The notes beneath the pieces are model-generated. The model did not search any database, was not told the DNA's origin, and saw only the letters and a program-made list of their open reading frames with translations. Below, in pieces: positions 56,601 to 64,000 of a stretch of 64,000 nt of DNA; position 1 is the first letter of the stretch, and each line of letters starts with the position of its first letter. Source of the stretch: Bugula neritina (taxonomy: Eukaryota; Animalia; Bryozoa); assembly GCA_964035545.1 (NCBI GenBank), contig OZ037765.1, forward strand, positions 1,736,001 through 1,800,000, in the 5' to 3' direction. A program made the position numbers and the translations under genes.

Positions 56601-59361
56601 CAAGTATAAAATACACATCCATATTAGATTAACTGTCAAGTTAAAAAAAGACAACATATATTCATGAGCTGGTTCTGTTTGCACAAGTACAATTTAGACC
56701 AGCTTATTATTTAGATTGCCACAAAAATATGACGTAAAATATGTCTTTAATCATTATTTTGATATTCACTGGTTGAAGATATTTTTTATATCCTAATATG
56801 TAAATATTGTACATAAATCTTAAAATTTAACTAGGTGAATAAGGAAAACTGCTAATTTTATGAAACTGTTATGTTAATAAAGACAATGGCTATCAACAAA
56901 TCCCACCAGACCACAAACTAATTGTAAATACTAAAGCAATTATATAGTGCTATGTGTTGATCTAGCCTAGTCGATACACCACAAATATGTATTATGACAT
57001 ACCACATTTTAAGTACTGGGTTACCATTTATTCTAATGGGTATTTGTTTAAACTGTTATATACAGCTTTTTGCACTACCAATATACAAGCCAGTTGTTAT
57101 TCTGTCACTTTTTATCTACATCTCTTTTTAATGCCAGTTACTTGTTAGCTTCAGTACAAACAGCTAAACATTCTACTCTACAGCCAATCTTACTGTTAAC
57201 TCTTGTTTAACAATATTACAATAATCTAAAAATTTAAGTGTGTTTTTAGTATAATATTCTATCATTATAACTTTTAAATGAAACAATAATATGATAAATG
57301 CATTATAACTTTCTGAAAAGTTTGTTTGCAAAGTATATGTTTTTGGAAAATAGTTTTACAACATTTGCTAGGAGCATTATATTTATTCCTATCTAAAATA
57401 ATTTTGTTTGAACTGCTATGTTTGTAATCATGTAATCAGAAGTAAAGCATCAGTAAAATGAGTATAAGTAGAAGCTTGACAGCTACATTAGGCATTGCTA
57501 TATAGTACATAAATATATGGCCGTATTAAATACTTAGCTGCATTCACAGATAAATGCATGGCTTGGAATTACAATACCATGAATACATTGTTTATTTAGC
57601 TGGGTAACTATACAATTATGCCAAAGTGAAAAGCCTTTGGTTATTAATGCCTGAAATGTCTAACAATCTACTTGGGAGACCACCTTGTTGTTACAGAGTG
57701 AATGAGTTATTTGTTTGGCATTTGGATGATGGCACAAAGAAAGGCTATTTGGTTTGTTACTTGAGACTAGTAGCAAACTGCTACAGTCATAACATCTTAG
57801 AAGATTTTGCATCACTTGCTAGAATTGTACATTATTTTAATGTAGCTATTGAAATTAATATCTCACTGAAAACACATGCAGTATTGCAAAATCTTAAGCT
57901 GTACATAATTATATTATGCATCAAAAAGTACTTCTGCTATTCGACTATCCCAGGTTTATTTTAAACTAGCACTGCCAAAGTGCCTTGACTCTATTACAGT
58001 GTTTACTAGCTAATTTTGTTCTTCTCAATAGTGAAATAGATCTATTGCAAGAAATTAATGACTAGATATAACAATAATGATTTTTAGGCAAGACTTTCGC
58101 ATCTATATTGCTCATCTGCTAGCTTGAAATACCCCTCTCCTTGGACTAATCTCAGGCTTTTCATTGTTGTTTAAATAGTTTTTAAACTCCTATTTCAATA
58201 AATCATTACCAACACTGCCTGCATGTATTAATATTCATTAGTGCCATCAATGCACTGTGGAGACAGCACCTGATGTTCTGTATATTACATTATAGTACAG
58301 AGATACTAAATTCAAAACATCTAAAATAATTGATGCTTCTACCAGATTTTTAGCACACCTATAATATGTATTCCTGTAGTAAATATTAATAAGATGTTTT
58401 AACTGATAGTTTTTATGCCATTATAATAGTTTGATACTATAACTACAACTTGAAACTCTTTAACCAGCACATTGGTTAGTAATATTGCTTCTTGATATTT
58501 AATTGCTGGTTCACAAACTATCAATAATAGGGATGCATATCAAAACTTGACTGCATTCATAATATGATTTTAATGCTAGGTAATGACTAAGCATGTCTGG
58601 CTGATATGAGGTGACTATTTTGTACACTGTTTAACAACATCAGCTTTTTGGGTTCATTTAAAGCATCTGCAAATCTGTATTATACATAATTACTGTTAGG
58701 GCCAATTAATTAAATTGTTAACCCTGAAATGCTTTTTACACTGTAATACTAAGTAGTAAAAGAAATGTATATATATATAAACTGATTGTAATTTATACAT
58801 AACATTGTACATTTAAAAAAAAAATCACAAAATACATAATTTATTAGCTAAATTTCAAGGCGTTTTGTAGGTAGTGGGTTAATGTCAATAAAGTAGAATC
58901 CGGGAAGTTGAGTAGCTTTATTCAAGAGGAAGGCTCTCCAACAGTTCTACCAAAGCCTAAATAACATGTATAAAATGAAGGTTATATGCACAATTTTTTT
59001 TCCAAAACAGCCTGCAACTGTTTTGCTATTGCATATGCCCTATGCCATTCATCAAGTAGAACAATTTTAACCAGGATATCTAGAAAAGTTGACACAAGGG
59101 CTTTATAAACTATGTAACAGTAAAACTGTGAGTAGAAATTAATTGACACTAATGAATAATGCTTTAGGTGCTGGCAACAACCATAAAAGAAAAGTTATAT
59201 AACAAACAAATAGAAAAAGCACTAAACAAATCAACAGCATTATATACAATTGGGGCACATACATGAAAACAGCAGCTAGTGTCATTTTCTTAAGACAGCA
59301 CTATTTTAGATATAAATTTAAGAAGTATTAGAAAATGCAGAAATTTACTGCAATTGGTTCA

Positions 59362-59748
59362 TTTTATTTAAGTTAGTATATACTGAAGATCTCAAGTTTT
59401 TGCTAATGAACATGAGTTTTGGCCCGAAACTAAAAAAATATCAATAAATACACCTAAATAATCAAGGCTCTTTTTAATTTTCTTTGATTTCCTATGCTTT
59501 TTTCTAATTACAGCAACTTCTGACTGGGGATCGCCACGGTTAGTTTGTAACAGTAGGCAATCCAAATGAAATGAATAAATAGGAAAAAACATGAGAAATC
59601 ATGCAAAATTAAGAAGAACCTTGATTATTTAGGTGTATTTCTTGATGTCTCACTAATTTTAAGCAAAAAGCATTGTTCATTAGCAGCTAAAATGTAAAAA
59701 TGGCTAAAAACTGCAGATTTCCAGTGTGTACTAAATTAAATAAAAGGA
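59362..59748. mobile_element. Old foldback / long-TIR non-autonomous element
   Basis: About 145-bp imperfect inverted arms (core AAATACACCTAAATAATCAAGG / CCTTGATTATTTAGGTGTATTT; TGCTAATGAACA / TGTTCATTAGCA) around a spacer of about 70 bp. Confidence 0.7.
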
Positions 59749-61334
59749 CTCAATCACCTCTGCAACATAATTCAATAATTGCATGGTCAAGCAGAATAAA
59801 CTACAATTAACAGCAACAACAGTGTAATAGTTGCGTAGAAAAGTTGTACTGCAAAAAACTAAAAGAATGCAAAATTTATAAATGTGTGCTACCAAGTAAA
59901 TGCTGAACAGACATCATGAAATAGTGTACGAAATACAAACTATTAAACTTACCTGTTGATCTAATGCAGCTAAAACCTTAAGCTTAGAGTAGTGGAATGG
60001 TGCTGTTCGATGTTGATATGCTACAAGTAGCTAAGATGACTCAAATTCTTGCCTTTAGAAGTAAGAGGCCTCAGCTCAGTTTCAACAAAACTTCCAATAA
60101 TCTCAACGGATGCGCTCAATTAGGAGCCACAACAAAGCACACCCATGTCATTTTAGTAAACTCTAAAAAATGAACGGAAATAAAACTGTTAGAGAGTAAA
60201 CAGAGAAACATATAGTGATGGGGGAAAAACCTGTCAGCAAAGGTTATATACACTCATAGCCATAACACGAAGAAAAGGATAATGAATAACAACCTATTCA
60301 AGATGACACAAGAAACCAAACAAATTTCTTTGACTAAAAAATATAATTAAATACTATATTACTTGGCAAAAAATATTTGTTTTGAACAACATATTATTGG
60401 GAAGAATTGCCAGTGTCTTAAATTTTGAGATTAAAGTTTCTGCCTTATAGCGGAAATAGAGAGGCAATCAATAGTGTACAAAACATGTTTTCAGTCATTG
60501 GCTGTTGACTAAATTGACAAAGTTAAAGAAAGCTTCCATATCATTATTACTGTTCACAAATGATGAATATTAAAATTTGAATAATTAGACAAATTAACAA
60601 TGATATTGATGTTACTTCAAACATTACTAATGGTAAACACCAAAATACTAATAGGAATAGTCATGTTAACATCAATTAGAAAAGTAAAGATAATTTGAAA
60701 ATGAGACAGTTTATAGGTCTAACTCTTATAGTTGACAAGCAATTACAGGGCAGTCATATTGATGTAGGCTACCCTCAAAATGTAGCACTTTAAAAATATT
60801 AAAAAGACAGCACATATAAGAACATAATCTTAAAAATAGGCATATGTGACACCTATATTTTGATTAACAAAGAAATCTTCTTTACTTTATTAATCTAGCT
60901 CATATAATGGTATGCTGTCTTAGTATGTTATTTTAATACTTGAAATCTAATCAGCTACAGAAAAGTACTTCAATTCAAAAGCCTTCATAATTATTCTTTA
61001 GTTTGCTATTTAAATAGACAGTAAGGTTGATGAATAAAATAAAAGTTAGTAAAGTAAAAACTAAATAAATTGAGAATAATATCTCCACTCTAAGGTTATA
61101 ATCCTTATAAATTAACATTTTAATACTCCTGTTATCCTTAGGTATAGTTGTTAGCAATTTAACTATGAGCTCAAAGCCAAATGTCAGTATCAGCATCCCC
61201 ATTCCATTGACTAAGACTGACTTTATAACCCTCAAGCTGTGGCACTCAATTTCTATAAGTAGTAACTAATAACAAATATAAAATTATTTATTTGCTACTG
61301 ATAGTGATAATAATAATAATTAAAAATAATAATA

Positions 61335-64000
61335 TGATCCATTAAAATAGAACTAATAAAGCCAACGACGTTAATGGTATGTCTAACTAAACATGGCATG
61401 TCTCGTCTGGCAGTGGGTATGTGGAGGGCCAGGCAACCTACGGCCGTCAACCCGTTAATGGCACAACTAGAAGAAGATACTCAAGAGAAGACAACAAAGT
61501 TGTCATGAAATGCTGCTTCAAAAGTACACCCAAATTGAGAGGTTATAGAAAAACAATGTATGAGCTCTGTAGACCCGGATCAAAGAATTATTTAAAAAGA
61601 ATGTGCAAACGCTGGAAAACAGAGGAGAGTTTAACATCAGCGAATAGAGACTAGCGGATTAAGCAAGAACTATGAAGAAACACAAGCATTTTATGGAAGA
61701 AGAACTCCATAAGATTGAAGAAGGAACCTTGCAAGAACTAGGCACATCAATTGGTGAAGAAGATAATGAAGAGCTAAATTTGCAAATAGAGGATGTTATA
61801 GTACAACATGAGATAGCATATAAATCAGCCATGAGAATTTTAAGAGTACCTAGTTCAGAGGTAGAAAAAGTGTTAGTAGAAAAATTATAAATGAGCATAA
61901 CAAACTATCTAATGATCGACCAACACTAAGAGCCCTTAGGCACATTGAGAGGGTCAAATTACTACAGGCAGTAAAACAGATTAATGATGTGCTAAACTGT
62001 GTTGAGATTATTAATACCATTGAGCTTAATAACACCACCATGGCTTGTGCGAAAAATAGTAACAGAACAAGTCTGTAACAAAAAGGAAAAAGAAAAACTG
62101 ACAATGTACAAGTATGGAAAATACGACTGCAGAAGAAATAAAAAGAAATTAGATCAGACTTAAGTAAAATAGCAGAGTGAAAAAGTAGAGCTTACAATGA
62201 TTCATTGAGAAGAATGGTTGAAGAAAAATATAGGATAAAGAACAAAGAGTGTGGTGTAGTGATTGAAAAACTGAAGCAAAACCTGAGAGCTGTAAGCCAG
62301 AAGATAAACAGATATACAGAATGAGTTGATCAATATAATCAGAACACAATGTTTACAATGATAAGCGCTTTTATCAAGAATTACGAGGAAATGAATACGT
62401 ACATCTAAAGAGGCACCTGACAAGGAAATCAAAAGCATTCTGATAAAATATATGGGGTCAGCCAACTAAAAATAATACCAATGCAGAATGACTAAATAAA
62501 GTTAGCAACAAATTGGAGCATATGTAAAGACAAGGAAATTAAATCTTAGAAACGATGCAAACAACTGGAATAGCAATTAATGTCATAAGGTTGATAAAAA
62601 AAAGCATGAAACCTGGAAAACACAACTGAAATACCTGGAAGAAAAGATAGGAGAAATAAAGATCAAACTAAGAATTTTCCAAGGAGACTCTTTATCTCTA
62701 TCCCTTTTCTCCAACTACCGATTCGCATGACAGAAGCGGCTCAATGATGCAAATTTCGACGAGACAGAAAACAAACCATCTCCTATATGTGGATGACCTG
62801 AAGGTAAATAGGAAATCAAAGTGGGAACTGGAAGCTTTGGTAAACACTGCCGGGATCTTCACAAGGAATATAGAAATGAAATTTGGATTAAAAAATGTGC
62901 CACACTGGTTATGAGAAAGGGAAAGAAAATTAAGGACACAGGAATCAGTTTGCCTGATGAACAGGTAATCAAAGATCTGGGTGAGAAGCCGTATAAATAT
63001 CTAGGAGTTCTTGAGATTGATGGAATACAAATATATGAAATGAAAAATAAGATCAAGGAGTACTACAAACAAATAAGAAAAGTTCTGGATTCAAAACTGA
63101 ATGGTGAGAACACAATCAAAGCAATAAACACATGGGCAGTAACAGCAGTGCATTACACAGCTAGAATACTTGACTGAACTGTTTCATGAGCTAAAAAATA
63201 TGGACTGAAAGACAAGGAAGCTAATGACAACAAACCGTGCACCCTATCCGAGAGCAGATGTAGGCAGGCTGTATTTTAGCAGAAGGGAAGGCGGTAGAAG
63301 AATGTTGTCAACTGAAAAATGCATAAAGATTGAAAACTGCAGCATGTCAGACTACATAAATATAACATAGACTGATAGAAACACCACACTGAATACCTTC
63401 CTAAAAGACAGAACAGCGGTAAAACTAAATAATGATAAAGTGATAGAAAGAACTGATGAGTGTAAAGAAAAGCTTCACGTGGTCAATACATCAAAATGGT
63501 GGAAGACATGAAAGCATTTTCCTGGAACTGGTTGAAGTATGGTTGGCTGAAAAAGGAAACAGAAGGACTGCTGACAGCTGCGCAAAATCCACTATTCACT
63601 ACTAGAAATTATAAAGTGGCTATGATGAGAGAACAGGGTAGCAAGAAGTGTGGAATGTGTAACGCAAGAGACAAAACTTCGATGCACGTATTGAGTGAGT
63701 TTGAGAAGGTAGCAGAAGGAGAATATAAGAAAAAACACAACCTTTTGGCATTGATAATTTCAATAGTAGTTGTGTGAACTTCGTGGGTTTCAGAAAAGTA
63801 AGAATTGGTACGGCCATCAAGCAGAATAAGTACTGGAAAATGATAATGTGAAAACCTTGTAAGACTTTAACATACACACTGACGTAGTCATCAAAGTTAG
63901 GAGACCCGATATATTAGTAGTTGACAAGCATAATGCTGAAACAACGATAATTGATATCACAGTCCCTGTTAACTACAGAGTAAAAGAAAAAAATTCGAAA
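61335..64000 (+). mobile_element. Degraded R4/Dong-clade non-LTR retrotransposon (RT plus restriction-like endonuclease), runs off the window
   Basis: Frameshifted motifs in order: RRRYSREDNKVVMKC..S.PKLRGYRK; IFQGDSLS; HLLYVDDLK; KCATLVMRKGK; YKYLGVLE; LNGENTIKAINTWAV; LYFSRREGGR; LKKETEGLLTAAQ; CGMC..H; DFNIHTDVVIKVRRPDILVVDK..TIIDITVP. Preceded by a (TAA)n tract at about 61305-61333. Confidence 0.87.

Noticed and set aside
57626-57964. 112-aa ORF (and the 86-aa ORF at 60975-61235)
   Set aside because: No recognisable motif, non-ATG start, no convincing splice context.
59953-60162. Exon-like segment on the minus strand (CAG|GTAAGT donor at 59952) as a replacement first exon for copy 3
   Set aside because: The phase-1 frame needed to join exon 8 has a stop nine codons upstream of the donor and there is no ABCC similarity. 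It could still be a non-coding exon, but I cannot support that.

Overview
AT-rich, intron-containing animal (invertebrate-like) genomic DNA; the species cannot be determined from the sequence. (1) 14-1824 (+): last four visible exons of a short-chain collagen C4 / spongin-related gene, with one probable GC-AG intron. (2) 2867-53601 (-): head-to-tail array of three ABCC5/MRP5-like ABC transporter genes. Copy 1 (29 exons, about 1382 aa) and copy 2 (29 exons, about 1377 aa) are complete and splice in frame. Copy 3 shows in-frame exons 8-29 only; exons 1-7 are not in the window. The copies form a patchwork consistent with unequal crossover in intron 7 plus gene conversion. They repeatedly carry tandem arrays or ghost copies of their own splice junctions, most strikingly intron 18 of copy 3 with about 12 extra donor motifs at one end and about 11 acceptor-bearing repeats at the other. 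(3) Mobile DNA: a Harbinger-type MITE containing a nested Penelope-like fragment with a type I hammerhead ribozyme; a 210-bp palindrome of two minimal hammerheads with a 12-bp TSD upstream of copy 2; two tRNA-derived repeat families; a decayed Gypsy remnant; a probable solo LTR; a foldback element; and a degraded R4/Dong-type non-LTR retrotransposon running off the right edge. Most long ORFs in the supplied track are microsatellite or antisense artefacts. Exon coordinates were read by hand and may be off by a base or two.
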